From NCBI GenBank assembly GCA_020629155.1, contig JAHDDW010000007.1, forward strand, positions 17,525-81,524: a stretch of DNA of 64,000 nt. The letters are read 5' to 3'. A program made the position numbers and the translations under genes. Within the stretch, counting starts at the first letter, position 1, and each line of letters opens with the position of its first letter. The notes below the pieces were generated by a model. That model ran no database searches, had not been told where the DNA came from, and saw only the letters and a list, made by a program, of their open reading frames with translations. Shown here in pieces: positions 17,872 through 27,308 of this stretch. Origin of the DNA: Acidimicrobiales bacterium (lineage in GTDB: Bacteria > Actinomycetota > Acidimicrobiia > Acidimicrobiales > SZUA-35).

Positions 17872-18453
17872 TTATATAAGTACTTCAAGTTTGCGTCTAT
17901 GAACGATGGTGTAAGAAATCATCGCAACAGTTACAGTGCTATTTAAAGGTGGTAGCATAAGGACAAAATCCCATTTCCTAACTGCGATAACAGCAAAGAC
18001 CGACGAGACACAAGCCCCAACCCATGTCGGCAAAAACTCTGTGTTTGGATGGTGCCATATTTTATGTATTACTAACAATTTGGCGATAAAATTCACTGAC
18101 ACGGTTAGGCATATCGCAACAACGCCAGATTCTGTAAACCACCAAGCTCCCAAAATACATACCGTGCTAGCTAGTGTAAAATAATCGAATTTAGAAGACC
18201 CACCCATGCCATAGCTAAGCGACAGCAAAAAGATGCATGCAGTGATACCAACCATTGTGCCTGACCAATACAAAGAAAAATTTGCTCCTTCTTGCCATTG
18301 ACCAGAAAAAGAGATGACGTTCAATGTAAGGAAAACTAAAGCTGCCACACTCTGCGGCTTCGTCCTCCCAGCAAGAATATCCATGACATAAGGAGTGATC
18401 GTTATGACTGTTATAACAACACTCAGAACCCCTGCTAGTTGGAAGAAATTCAT
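17872..18453 (-). CDS. Small polytopic membrane protein, unknown function
   Basis: 193 aa with about 6 hydrophobic segments. 4-nt overlap with the upstream MFS gene. Confidence 0.6.
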   Translation of the reverse strand: MNFFQLAGVLSVVITVITITPYVMDILAGRTKPQSVAALVFLTLNVISFSGQWQEGANFSLYWSGTMVGITACIFLLSLSYGMGGSSKFDYFTLASTVCILGAWWFTESGVVAICLTVSVNFIAKLLVIHKIWHHPNTEFLPTWVGACVSSVFAVIAVRKWDFVLMLPPLNSTVTVAMISYTIVHRRKLEVLI

Positions 18454-19661
18454 GTTTTCCCTTCTTTGCGGAGCTGAAAGATATGCAAACCAAGCAACGC
18501 CGTTATAACAAAAACAAACAACAGCACCGCTGAGTATTGAAACATCAGACGCACATCAACACGGGCTGCAAATGCACCCATGGCAAGCATCGGTAGTGTC
18601 ACAAAAATTTGGAGCACGAAGTTCACACTCGAAATTGTTGTTGCCCGTAGCTCTGGCGGGGCGACACGTTGAATAAGATCTTCGTTCTCAATAATTGCCA
18701 GCTGGACTGGCATAAACATCATGATATAGAACAACGGCATCAGAAAATCTGGAGAAAAACTCATAGCAGCAAATAAACAGACGCTGAAGAAAGCCAAGGT
18801 CTGACCGCTCAGTGCTATCTTATGTGCCACCCATGAAGAAAAAGCTCGACTAAAGGCGCCAAATGTCCAAATCACAATAACAAACTGTTGCGTTCCGACT
18901 GCCTGCTCAAGCAAAGACAGGCCCAACTCCATTCCAGAGCGTTTAATAAGCTCAACCACGCCTACTAAAGCGATGAGAAATACCAAAAGCCTTTGTTTTG
19001 TCACCAGCCTAAATACTTTTTTTGTCGCCAGGAAGGAATTCTCTTTGGGTTTATTTTTCGATTGCGGCGGCTCAACCATCGCCTTAATTAGAAACAGAAC
19101 AGCTAGTTGAGGAACAATAGACAGCCCATAGTTGTAGACATACGAAGGCAGAAATGAAAGCACAACGGTGATTGGACTAGCTGCAACAATCCCTGCGATA
19201 GCAAAAGCTTTCATCCGCCCAGCATGTTTTTTGTATTGTGACACTTGACCCAATTTGTCTAACGTTTCGTACAGCAAAGCGCTATCAGCCCCCGAAGGGG
19301 CCGCCATTGCTAACCCAAAGAGAAACAGCGCTACAAGATATGCTGGTATGGATTGAAAAGCGACGATAAGCAAATAACCAGAAATTCTTGCATATTGGCC
19401 AAAATAGAACGCCGTTTTTCTCCCTAAGCGATCTGCAAGATAGCCTGACGGAACCTCAGCTGCAATAATCGCTAAAGCCCAGGCTGCATAACCAAGCGAA
19501 ATTGTGAACTCATCACCGCCTATTTCATTCACAAAAAACTGGTCTATCGGCTGCCAGAAAGCAAAAAACCTCAGAAAACTAAACCAGTTAAGCGCTGTAA
19601 TATTTCTTTGATAGCGCTGAGCGCTATGAGCCATAAGGCCAACTATATCGATCCACCACAA
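18450..19661 (-). CDS. MFS transporter
   Basis: 403 aa with about 12 TM segments. Loop motif GYLADRLGRK typical of MFS TM2-TM3. Confidence 0.8.
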   Translation of the reverse strand: MWWIDIVGLMAHSAQRYQRNITALNWFSFLRFFAFWQPIDQFFVNEIGGDEFTISLGYAAWALAIIAAEVPSGYLADRLGRKTAFYFGQYARISGYLLIVAFQSIPAYLVALFLFGLAMAAPSGADSALLYETLDKLGQVSQYKKHAGRMKAFAIAGIVAASPITVVLSFLPSYVYNYGLSIVPQLAVLFLIKAMVEPPQSKNKPKENSFLATKKVFRLVTKQRLLVFLIALVGVVELIKRSGMELGLSLLEQAVGTQQFVIVIWTFGAFSRAFSSWVAHKIALSGQTLAFFSVCLFAAMSFSPDFLMPLFYIMMFMPVQLAIIENEDLIQRVAPPELRATTISSVNFVLQIFVTLPMLAMGAFAARVDVRLMFQYSAVLLFVFVITALLGLHIFQLRKEGKT

Positions 19662-19749
19662 TAAGGCTATCTCTGAAATAGCTTTTATTTGTTAATTACT
19701 TGGGCAAGCGCACCTGGAACCTCCATGAAAATTTCAGGCTACTCACCCT

Positions 19750-20859
19750 TTATTCATCGATGATTGCGAGATGACGACTTGTCGTGTTGAGGCGGCGAGG
19801 CCCATCGTCAGTGGCGATAACGATATCTTCGATACGCGCGCCCCACTTGTTCGGCACGTAAAAACCTGGTTCGACAGAAAACGCATTTCCGCTCTCTAGC
19901 AGCTCACTATTGCCTTCCACAAGGTATGGGTCTTCGTGAGCTTCAACACCTATGCCATGACCTAACCGATGCGTGAAATACTCCCCCAAACCAGCTTCGG
20001 CTAGATAGTTTCGAGCTGCCCTGTCTACATCTTGCGCAGCAGTCCCCACAGTCGCTGCTTGAAAACCACGTTCTTGCGCTTCGAATAGCGCATCGTATGC
20101 TTCTTGAAATTCTGCTGCTACTTCGCCCGTATAAAAACACCGAGTCATATCTGAGCAATAACCAGGTTGGCCTTCAGGCTCGGCTGTTGTCCCGCCAAAA
20201 TCGATATAGAACGGCTCGTTAGGCTGAATTATTCGGCTGCCTGATTCATGATGAGGGCTTGCCCCGTTCGGCCCTGACGCGACAATCGTAAAGTTAACCT
20301 TCGCATGGCCTTCTGCAAGTATGCGCTCACCAATATCTGCGGCTATGTCAGCTTCGCTGCGTCCGATAATAGGAATCTCCCCAGCTTGCAAACTAGCTCC
20401 GATGCGATCAACGCCATCGGCTGCAAATTGGAGTCGATCTATCTCGGCTTGATCTTTCACCGCACGTAACCTGCCTGTTATCGACGCTGACCGACGCCAA
20501 GAAACGCCAGGCAACTGTGCAAACAAATCAACGAGAAACCGGCTCCAGGTATGATCACCAACGGCGAGCGTTTTTGCGCCACCGACTAGATCAGCCACCT
20601 TTTTGATTGGGTCTTGCGCTTCTGTCCAACCCAGCACCGAGAAAAGCTCGGGGCGCTGCACTACTCTAGCTATCTCAAATTGCGGCAAAACAAGCGTCGC
20701 AGGACCGTCTTGAGGCAGAACAAGCATAGTGAGCCGCTCCAAAGGCATCGCTTTATAGCCAGTCAACCACGGCAAATCAGGCCCAACGGAAAGCAGCAAC
20801 ACGTCTACATTCTTTTCGACCATCTTATTTCTTACTTTTTTGAATCGTTCAGCAAACAT
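19750..20859 (-). CDS. M24-family Xaa-Pro aminopeptidase/dipeptidase
   Basis: Creatinase-like N-terminal domain plus HRLGHGIGVEAHEDPY and the metal ligands ...FSVEPG...ARIED. Confidence 0.88.
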   Translation of the reverse strand: MFAERFKKVRNKMVEKNVDVLLLSVGPDLPWLTGYKAMPLERLTMLVLPQDGPATLVLPQFEIARVVQRPELFSVLGWTEAQDPIKKVADLVGGAKTLAVGDHTWSRFLVDLFAQLPGVSWRRSASITGRLRAVKDQAEIDRLQFAADGVDRIGASLQAGEIPIIGRSEADIAADIGERILAEGHAKVNFTIVASGPNGASPHHESGSRIIQPNEPFYIDFGGTTAEPEGQPGYCSDMTRCFYTGEVAAEFQEAYDALFEAQERGFQAATVGTAAQDVDRAARNYLAEAGLGEYFTHRLGHGIGVEAHEDPYLVEGNSELLESGNAFSVEPGFYVPNKWGARIEDIVIATDDGPRRLNTTSRHLAIIDE

Positions 20860-20932
20860 TTCTTTAATCTAGTCCATTCGACTTGTTCATCAGTGGCAGT
20901 CAACGCCGATAATCAAAAGGCGGAGATACGAG

Positions 20933-21586
20933 ATGACTTACAAAACACAAAGTATAGACACTAGACAAACCCAGCAGCTAGCAGCCCTTTACGGCCAAGA
21001 GCTGACGCTGACATTAGAAGAAACGTATGATAACTATTTTGTTACCAAGAAAGACGTTTTCGCTGTTCAGAAACTATGGCGCCGTTCAGATGATATGCGA
21101 CCTAACTCGTTTTGGGAAGACGTAGCATTGCCGCATACAGCCGATTTTGCGACAGCAGGCCGCCAAGCATGCGACCAGATACTCGGGGCATACAGAACAA
21201 GTTTGCTGAAGGAGATCCACAAACAAGAGCGCCCACTTTCAGAAGTTGACCGCGCACAGGTTTCACGCACCTTGCAAAGCGGCAGCATCCATCTTCTTGA
21301 CGTCTTGCCTGACGCTAGACGAATTGACGCACTAGGCAAATGGTGGCTCGGCAGACTCAACACTGCCGCTATTAAAGAAAACCTTTCGGAAGTTCTTCAT
21401 AGCGATGTTTCACAGCTGCGATCTCTCATACGAGTTAAAGGCGCTGATCTTTGCAGCGACACTTCTTGGCTTTACGGCGATTATCTTCTAAGCGCTTATG
21501 AACTGGCCCATAAAGAGTTGCGAACCTACATTGAAGAAAAAATAGCTACCCTCTACGCTGAGATGATTCAAGAACTCACGCCCTGA
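20933..21586 (+). CDS. Hypothetical protein
   Basis: 217-aa ORF with no recognisable motif. Its 3' end overlaps the 3' end of convergent vapC by 11 nt. Confidence 0.5.
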   Translation: MTYKTQSIDTRQTQQLAALYGQELTLTLEETYDNYFVTKKDVFAVQKLWRRSDDMRPNSFWEDVALPHTADFATAGRQACDQILGAYRTSLLKEIHKQERPLSEVDRAQVSRTLQSGSIHLLDVLPDARRIDALGKWWLGRLNTAAIKENLSEVLHSDVSQLRSLIRVKGADLCSDTSWLYGDYLLSAYELAHKELRTYIEEKIATLYAEMIQELTP

Positions 21587-21956
21587 TCGTTTTTACTGGG
21601 TAGTCAACAATCTTTTGGTCATGTGTTACTAAAATAAGATCGTTAGCTTGTGCTTGTGCTATCAGCATCCTATCAAAAGGGTCTCGATGTATCGGGGGGA
21701 GATTTTCGACAGCTAAGGCATGTTCAATTTCGATAGGTAGTGGTTTGAATCTATGCACCTCCATCTGCTCCACAAAAGAAGAATCAGGTACATCCAATTT
21801 ACCAAGAGCCTTTTTTATAGTAATTTCCCACGGAATGACAGCGCTTACGAAGACACGACTTCGCCCATCAGACAAAACGGCGTGGGCTTCACTTGACAGC
21901 TTAGCAGGCTCACTAACTGCCCAAATAAAAACATGTGTATCGAGGAGAAGATCCAT
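21576..21956 (-). CDS. vapC: PIN-domain toxin (VapC-like)
   Basis: MDLLLDTHVFIWAV... with later acidic residues, the typical PIN layout. Its start overlaps the stop of the upstream antitoxin. Confidence 0.85.
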   Translation of the reverse strand: MDLLLDTHVFIWAVSEPAKLSSEAHAVLSDGRSRVFVSAVIPWEITIKKALGKLDVPDSSFVEQMEVHRFKPLPIEIEHALAVENLPPIHRDPFDRMLIAQAQANDLILVTHDQKIVDYPVKTIRA

Positions 21957-22201
21957 TATAGATGCGCCTCAAACTCGCTCAGTATCTCTTCTGGTAGCTC
22001 TTCGTCAAAATCGTGCGATATTTTTACCTTTCCTCGCCATGACCCTTGTCCAAGTTCGCGAGGCGATTCGTCTACGTGATACGGCATTAGTTTTGCGACA
22101 GGCTTTCCAGCTTTCCCGATGATAACCTCTTCACCTTGTATAACTTGCTCGATAAGTCTAGACAACTGAGCTTTTGCTTCTGTGATTGTGCTTACGTTCA
22201 T
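21956..22201 (-). CDS. Phd/YefM-type antitoxin
   Basis: MNVSTITEAKAQLSRLIEQVIQGEEVIIGKAGKPVAKLMPY. ATG at 22201 is preceded by GGAGG; the track ORF is extended upstream to 22246. Confidence 0.85.
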   Translation of the reverse strand: MNVSTITEAKAQLSRLIEQVIQGEEVIIGKAGKPVAKLMPYHVDESPRELGQGSWRGKVKISHDFDEELPEEILSEFEAHL

Positions 22202-22278
22202 ACCAACCTCCACTTTTATTCTAACCCAACCAGACCAGACCAGCAAGATCTTTTACCAATACTTGTTATCATCAAGGT

Positions 22279-22527
22279 ATGCACCCGCTTTCAACCATTA
22301 TGCTCGTTCTTGGTTATTTCGCTGCTATTCCTTTGGCAACACAAATCGTTTCAATTGTGATGAAACAGCGCCGTATTGCGATGGTTGGCCACCAGGCCGC
22401 CTTTTTAGTAGTTGCGTTGGGTTGGACGCTACGCAAATGGGTTTACGTAGCGCTTATTCACGGCATGTGGCTTGTTGGCACACGCCTATGGTTTGAAATA
22501 ATCCGCCGTAGAACAATAAACCCATGA
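22279..22527 (+). CDS. Small membrane protein, unknown function
   Basis: 82 aa with 2-3 hydrophobic segments, 27 nt upstream of the ATPase gene. Confidence 0.45.
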   Translation: MHPLSTIMLVLGYFAAIPLATQIVSIVMKQRRIAMVGHQAAFLVVALGWTLRKWVYVALIHGMWLVGTRLWFEIIRRRTINP

Positions 22528-22542
22528 ACAACATAATCGTCC

Positions 22543-22548
22543 TATAAT
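22543..22548 (+). promoter_or_regulatory. TATAAT -10 box 6 nt upstream of the ATPase start codon (leaderless-type geometry)
   Basis: TATAAT-GGGTTT-ATG(22555). Embedded in a 9-bp inverted repeat, ATAAACCCA (22516-22524) / TGGGTTTAT (22548-22556). Confidence 0.4.
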
Positions 22549-22554
22549 GGGTTT

Positions 22555-23994
22555 ATGAGACCTTTCCAGGACGATTACTTTGTCGGACGCAAACAAGAAA
22601 TTGCAGACCTTCACACCATGGCTACTCATCCGAAACCATCTATAGCGGTTGTTTACGGTCGCCGCAGAATCGGCAAAACGGCCTTAATCACTAAGACGCT
22701 CGATGAGCAAACATATATTTCGATCGAAGGTACAGAACATCTTTCTGACAGAGAACAGAAGAAACGATTTTGCATTCAAGTTGAAGAAAACATCGGAATC
22801 TCTATCAAACACGTCCCTACAACCTGGTATGAACTATTTCAACTCATCACACCATCGCTACAGAAAAACCCACAAGTGGTTGTTTTTGATGAATTCCAGT
22901 GGCTTGCCAACTACCGCAAAGACATCGTTGGCGACCTGAAACTCGTATGGGACAGGCACTGGAGCAAGATAAGTGGTGTTAACCTCATCCTTTGTGGTTC
23001 AATCGCATCCTTCATGAAAGACAAAGTAATCAAATCCAATGCTCTCTATGGGAGAGTGGAAACAGTTATTCATCTCCAAGCCCTCAAGTTACGTGAGACT
23101 CAGCATCTTCTCGGCTGCGGCATTGAAGAAGCAACCACTGCCTATCTTCTTACAGGCGGAATACCTCAATATCTTGCTCTGCTTACACGCTACAACTCTG
23201 TCCATCTGGCCATGGATGCACTTGCGTTCCAAAAGAATGGCTACTTTACAAATGAATATCATCGCATATTCTCTAGCCATTTTGGACGTAACCCAGAGCT
23301 AGAAAAAATCGTTCGATTCCTTGGTCGACATGGATATGGGGTAAGAAGGGCCAAACTGGCTGCAACCAAGAACATAAGCGACGGCGGCAGGTTAACACAA
23401 CATTTAGACAATTTAGAAGCCGCAGGCTTCATCACGAAAGTGCTACCTTTTAATGCTAAAGCAAAGTCCACCTTGTTGCGGTACGAGCTAACAGACGCAT
23501 ACCTACGTTTCTATTTCGATTTTATAGAACCTAACGAAAACCTTATAAACAGCAATTCGAGCTCTACTCTTTTTTCAACTCGGATAGCTAAGTCTCCTAC
23601 ATATAGGGCGTGGCTTGGCAGATCCTTTGAATACTTATGTAGATATCACGCAGAAGAGATAGCCGAATCTCTAGGCTTCGCCGCAGTAGATTACACACAC
23701 GGCCCCTTTTTTAAGCGCTCTAACAAAGCAACGGAAGGTGTCCAACTTGATTTAGTTTTCAGTCGTGCAGATAACGTTCTTGTCGTTTGTGAAATGAAGT
23801 ATCGTCAACGCCCTATAGGCAAAGAAGTTATCCAAGAACTTACTCGCAAGGAACTCGTTCTACAAAAAATATTTCCCACAAAAACTATCCAACCTGCCCT
23901 TATAAGCGCGTTTGGGGCAACTAGTGGCGTCATTGACACGCTCGGGGAAAAACAGGTCGTTACTTTAAAAAATTTCGGCACTACCTACCGATAA
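22555..23994 (+). CDS. AAA-type ATPase (archaeal-ATPase/COG1672-like) with C-terminal PD-(D/E)XK (DUF234-like) domain, copy 1
   Basis: Walker A YGRRRIGKTALI, Walker B VVVFDEFQW, and a C-terminal nuclease-like motif GVQLDLVF...VVCEMKY. Confidence 0.75.
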   Translation: MRPFQDDYFVGRKQEIADLHTMATHPKPSIAVVYGRRRIGKTALITKTLDEQTYISIEGTEHLSDREQKKRFCIQVEENIGISIKHVPTTWYELFQLITPSLQKNPQVVVFDEFQWLANYRKDIVGDLKLVWDRHWSKISGVNLILCGSIASFMKDKVIKSNALYGRVETVIHLQALKLRETQHLLGCGIEEATTAYLLTGGIPQYLALLTRYNSVHLAMDALAFQKNGYFTNEYHRIFSSHFGRNPELEKIVRFLGRHGYGVRRAKLAATKNISDGGRLTQHLDNLEAAGFITKVLPFNAKAKSTLLRYELTDAYLRFYFDFIEPNENLINSNSSSTLFSTRIAKSPTYRAWLGRSFEYLCRYHAEEIAESLGFAAVDYTHGPFFKRSNKATEGVQLDLVFSRADNVLVVCEMKYRQRPIGKEVIQELTRKELVLQKIFPTKTIQPALISAFGATSGVIDTLGEKQVVTLKNFGTTYR

Positions 23995-24036
23995 GAACTA
24001 TATTTCCACACAAGTTCTGCAACTACCCTCTGGTTA

Positions 24037-25824
24037 TCAAACAGCAAGTGTTGAGGCGATTGAACCAGCATGGTGGCTTGATCTTGTCAGCGGGCTAGAC
24101 GCCACGTGGCCAATGCCTAGTTCTGTTTCGCCGATTTGTTTAAGTTCTTCAAATTCTTCCGGTGTCCACCAGCGTGCGATTGGCAGATGATGCGATGTCG
24201 GCCGCAAATACTGACCGATCGTAACGATATCAACACCAACAGCAGCCAGGTCGACCAGTGTGCTTACTACTTCGTCTTTTGTTTCACCCATGCCGACGAT
24301 AAGACCAGATTTTGTTTGCATACCATAACTTTTTGCTCTTGCAAGCAACGTGAGGCTGCGAGAATAGCGAGCTGATGGACGAACTGCGCGTTGCAACCTT
24401 GCCACCGTTTCGATGTTATGGTTCACAATTTCTGGTTTCGCGTCACACACTGTTTTCAGGTCTGTGGCGTCGCCCTGCAAATCAGAGATCAAAACTTCAA
24501 CGCCAACACCTGGACTCGTTGCATGAATCGCTTCAACTGTTTGAGCTACAATTGCAGCGCCGCCGTCGTCTAGATCGTCACGAGCAACCATTGTAAGCAC
24601 TGCGAATTTGATGCCCATATCAGCAACAGCGGTGGCGACTCGTTGTGGCTCGGCGAGATCAGGTGCGAGCGGCTTGCGCGTGTCGACCAGGCAGAATCCA
24701 CAAGCGCGAGTACATCGCTCCCCTAACAACATAAAGGTTGCTGTGCCTTCGTTCCAACAGTCATAAATGTTTGGACAACCGGCTTCTTCACACACCGTTG
24801 TTAATGAAAGGTCTTTAGTTTTCTTTTTCAGCTCAAGAAACTTCTTATCCGTTTTAAATTTGACCTTCATCCAGTCAGGTTTACGACTGGAAATCTCTAA
24901 CCCTTCGGTTACGCCAGCTTGTTTCAAACGGCTTTGCAATCGCACAGAAACTCCGTCGCGCACCTGTGAACTTCTCTCGTCAGCGACACCAACGTTGTTT
25001 GCATCATCGCTTTTGCCGACCACATGCATAGCAGCAGCTTCAGCATTTGTTTTAGGAACAATTTTTTCACCTGGGCCTTTACCTTGTGAAAAAAGCGACA
25101 AATCTGTTGTCTTTATTTTCCAAACCACATCACTACGATCTGTTGCTGCGAAACCAAAACGAGCAGCCCCATGGGCAACTAGCGATGCAACGACCTGTTC
25201 AACTGTTGCGTCGCTGCCTTCTTGACGCATCGAGGTAACAGCTTTATCTTCGATGCCACATGGCACTATTTTTTCGAACCATGACATGTCAGGGGCAACG
25301 TTTAACGCAAATCCATGCATTGAACGACCACGCGAAAGACGGACACCAACAGCAGCTATTTTACGTGGGTTGTCTGATGTGGCGTCTAACCAAACGCCAG
25401 GGCAGCCAACGATGCGTTCACCTTGCAGCCCAAACTCGGCGAGCGTGTCGAGTATCACTTGCTCGACAGAAAACACGTATTGCGCAGTGTCAACAAGACC
25501 GCCGCCACGTTTGCCTTTCACGTTCATTACTGGGTAACCAACAAGTTGACCTGGCCCGTGGAACGTAACGTCACCACCACGGTTAGTGTGCACAACATTA
25601 GCGCCCAACGCATCGGTGTCAAGCAAAATGTTTTCTGGGTTTGCACATCTGCCTAGCGTAAAAACAGGTTCATGTTCTAAAAGCAGCAGGTGATTTGCGG
25701 TGCCTTTAAACAAGGCCTCTTGCAAATCCCACGCTTCTTGATACGGCACATCAGAACCAAGCCAGCGGGCCTGCAATACAGCACCCGCTTGTGCGGCTTG
25801 TTCAGATGTTTCAACAACTACCAT
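24037..25824 (-). CDS. lipB-lipA: Fused octanoyltransferase (LipB) - lipoyl synthase (LipA)
   Basis: Single 595-aa ORF. The N-terminal part has the LipB motifs HEPVFTLGR, NRGGDVTFHGPGQLVGYP and KIAAVGVR. The C-terminal part has the LipA clusters CEEAGCPNIYDCW and CTRACGFC. Confidence 0.85.
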   Translation of the reverse strand: MVVVETSEQAAQAGAVLQARWLGSDVPYQEAWDLQEALFKGTANHLLLLEHEPVFTLGRCANPENILLDTDALGANVVHTNRGGDVTFHGPGQLVGYPVMNVKGKRGGGLVDTAQYVFSVEQVILDTLAEFGLQGERIVGCPGVWLDATSDNPRKIAAVGVRLSRGRSMHGFALNVAPDMSWFEKIVPCGIEDKAVTSMRQEGSDATVEQVVASLVAHGAARFGFAATDRSDVVWKIKTTDLSLFSQGKGPGEKIVPKTNAEAAAMHVVGKSDDANNVGVADERSSQVRDGVSVRLQSRLKQAGVTEGLEISSRKPDWMKVKFKTDKKFLELKKKTKDLSLTTVCEEAGCPNIYDCWNEGTATFMLLGERCTRACGFCLVDTRKPLAPDLAEPQRVATAVADMGIKFAVLTMVARDDLDDGGAAIVAQTVEAIHATSPGVGVEVLISDLQGDATDLKTVCDAKPEIVNHNIETVARLQRAVRPSARYSRSLTLLARAKSYGMQTKSGLIVGMGETKDEVVSTLVDLAAVGVDIVTIGQYLRPTSHHLPIARWWTPEEFEELKQIGETELGIGHVASSPLTRSSHHAGSIASTLAV

Positions 25825-25854
25825 TATGCCGCCTATAAGGCTAACATCAGCCGC

Positions 25855-27204
25855 TTACGCTAGCTCAGATGTCCAGTCTCTTGTTTCAAGAATTTCTTTC
25901 ACCCGAGCCATAAATGCTGCAGCATAGGCACCGTCAATCGCGCGATGATCCCACGCCATCGCAAGAACACCAACAGAGTGAATCGCGATCGATTCGTTGC
26001 CGTAGGCATCTTCGATCACAACAGGTTTACGCTTGATAGCATCAGTCGACATAATTGCGACCTGTGGCTGGTTGATGATTGGGAATTGCATCATCGTGCC
26101 ATAGCTACCAGCGTTTGTGATCGTGAACGTTCCACCTGAAAGTTCATCAGGAGCAAGCTGCTTTGAACGTGCTCTTGCAGCCACGTCAGAAATATCACGA
26201 GCAACAGAACGCATACGCTTACCATCGGCATCTTTAACTACTGGCGCAAGTAGACCCTGGAAGTCAAGATCAACAGCAATAGCTAGGTTGACATAATTAT
26301 GAACGATGAGTTCGCCGTCGCCAACAGAAGCATTAAGGTGCGGGTATTCACGCAACGCATCGATGATTGCACGAGAGATAAACGGCAAATACGTTAGGCT
26401 GAAGCCTTCTTGTTCACGGAATTTTGCTTTATGCGTTTTGCGGACCTGGTCAACTGCTTCGTAGTCAACTTCGATAGCAGTTAGTGTGTGAGGCGAAACA
26501 GCCTTACTCATCACCATATGTTCACCTGTACGCAAACGAATGTTAGATAATGGCACAACGGTGTCTCGGACACCAGCGTTCACAGAAGGAGCTGCAGGCA
26601 CAGGGGCAAACGTTTGCGCTGGTTGCGCTGGTGCAGGCACTGGAGCCGAGGCAACAACAGGCGCAGCAGGAGCAGGAGCTGGTGCTGGTTGGGCTGGAGC
26701 GCCGCCTTGCCCAGCATCGATAACAGCTTGCACGTCATCACGAGTGATGCGTCCAGCAAGGCCTGTGCCTTGAATCTGGTTAACATCAATATTGTTTTCA
26801 GTGATCAAACGACGCACGACTGGCGAAAGCACTTTACCTTCGGTCGAAGCCGCTGCGACTGGAGCGGCAACTGGCGGAGCTGGTGCTGGTTCAGCTATAG
26901 GAGCCGCAGCTGGTTCTTCTGTAGCAGGCGCTGGGGTTTCTGGCGCAGCGGCAGGAGCTGGAGCAGCAGCCGAATCGCCAACAATAGCAAGCACCGTGCC
27001 AACTTCGACGGTTTCACCTTCAGGCACTTTAATTTCTGATAGAGTACCAGCGACTGGTGATGGCACTTCGGTGTCTACTTTGTCTGTAGATACTTCGAAA
27101 AGAACTTCATCGGCGGCAACTTCTTCGCCGATAGCTTTGAACCATCTAGTGATAGTTCCTTCTGTTACTGTTTCCCCTAGCTGAGGCATTTCTATATCGG
27201 CCAC
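25855..27204 (-). CDS. sucB: Dihydrolipoamide acyltransferase E2 (one lipoyl domain, PSBD, catalytic domain)
   Basis: Lipoyl motif EVSTDKVDTEVPSP, Ala/Pro linkers, PSBD SPVVRRLITENNID and catalytic DHRAIDG. GTG start with AAGGAG 9 nt upstream. Confidence 0.92.
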   Translation of the reverse strand: MADIEMPQLGETVTEGTITRWFKAIGEEVAADEVLFEVSTDKVDTEVPSPVAGTLSEIKVPEGETVEVGTVLAIVGDSAAAPAPAAAPETPAPATEEPAAAPIAEPAPAPPVAAPVAAASTEGKVLSPVVRRLITENNIDVNQIQGTGLAGRITRDDVQAVIDAGQGGAPAQPAPAPAPAAPVVASAPVPAPAQPAQTFAPVPAAPSVNAGVRDTVVPLSNIRLRTGEHMVMSKAVSPHTLTAIEVDYEAVDQVRKTHKAKFREQEGFSLTYLPFISRAIIDALREYPHLNASVGDGELIVHNYVNLAIAVDLDFQGLLAPVVKDADGKRMRSVARDISDVAARARSKQLAPDELSGGTFTITNAGSYGTMMQFPIINQPQVAIMSTDAIKRKPVVIEDAYGNESIAIHSVGVLAMAWDHRAIDGAYAAAFMARVKEILETRDWTSELA

Positions 27205-27308
27205 GACGGTCGACTCCTTGTCATAAATTATTTGCGAACTCGCAGTTATTTGAACATCTTTTCTTACTTCGAACTGTATCCCAGTTACTTCACTGAAACA
27301 CTGTTCTA

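Noticed and set aside
26540-27184. Ala/Gly-rich plus-strand ORFs inside the E2 gene
   Set aside because: These are shadow frames of the Ala/Pro linker region of E2.
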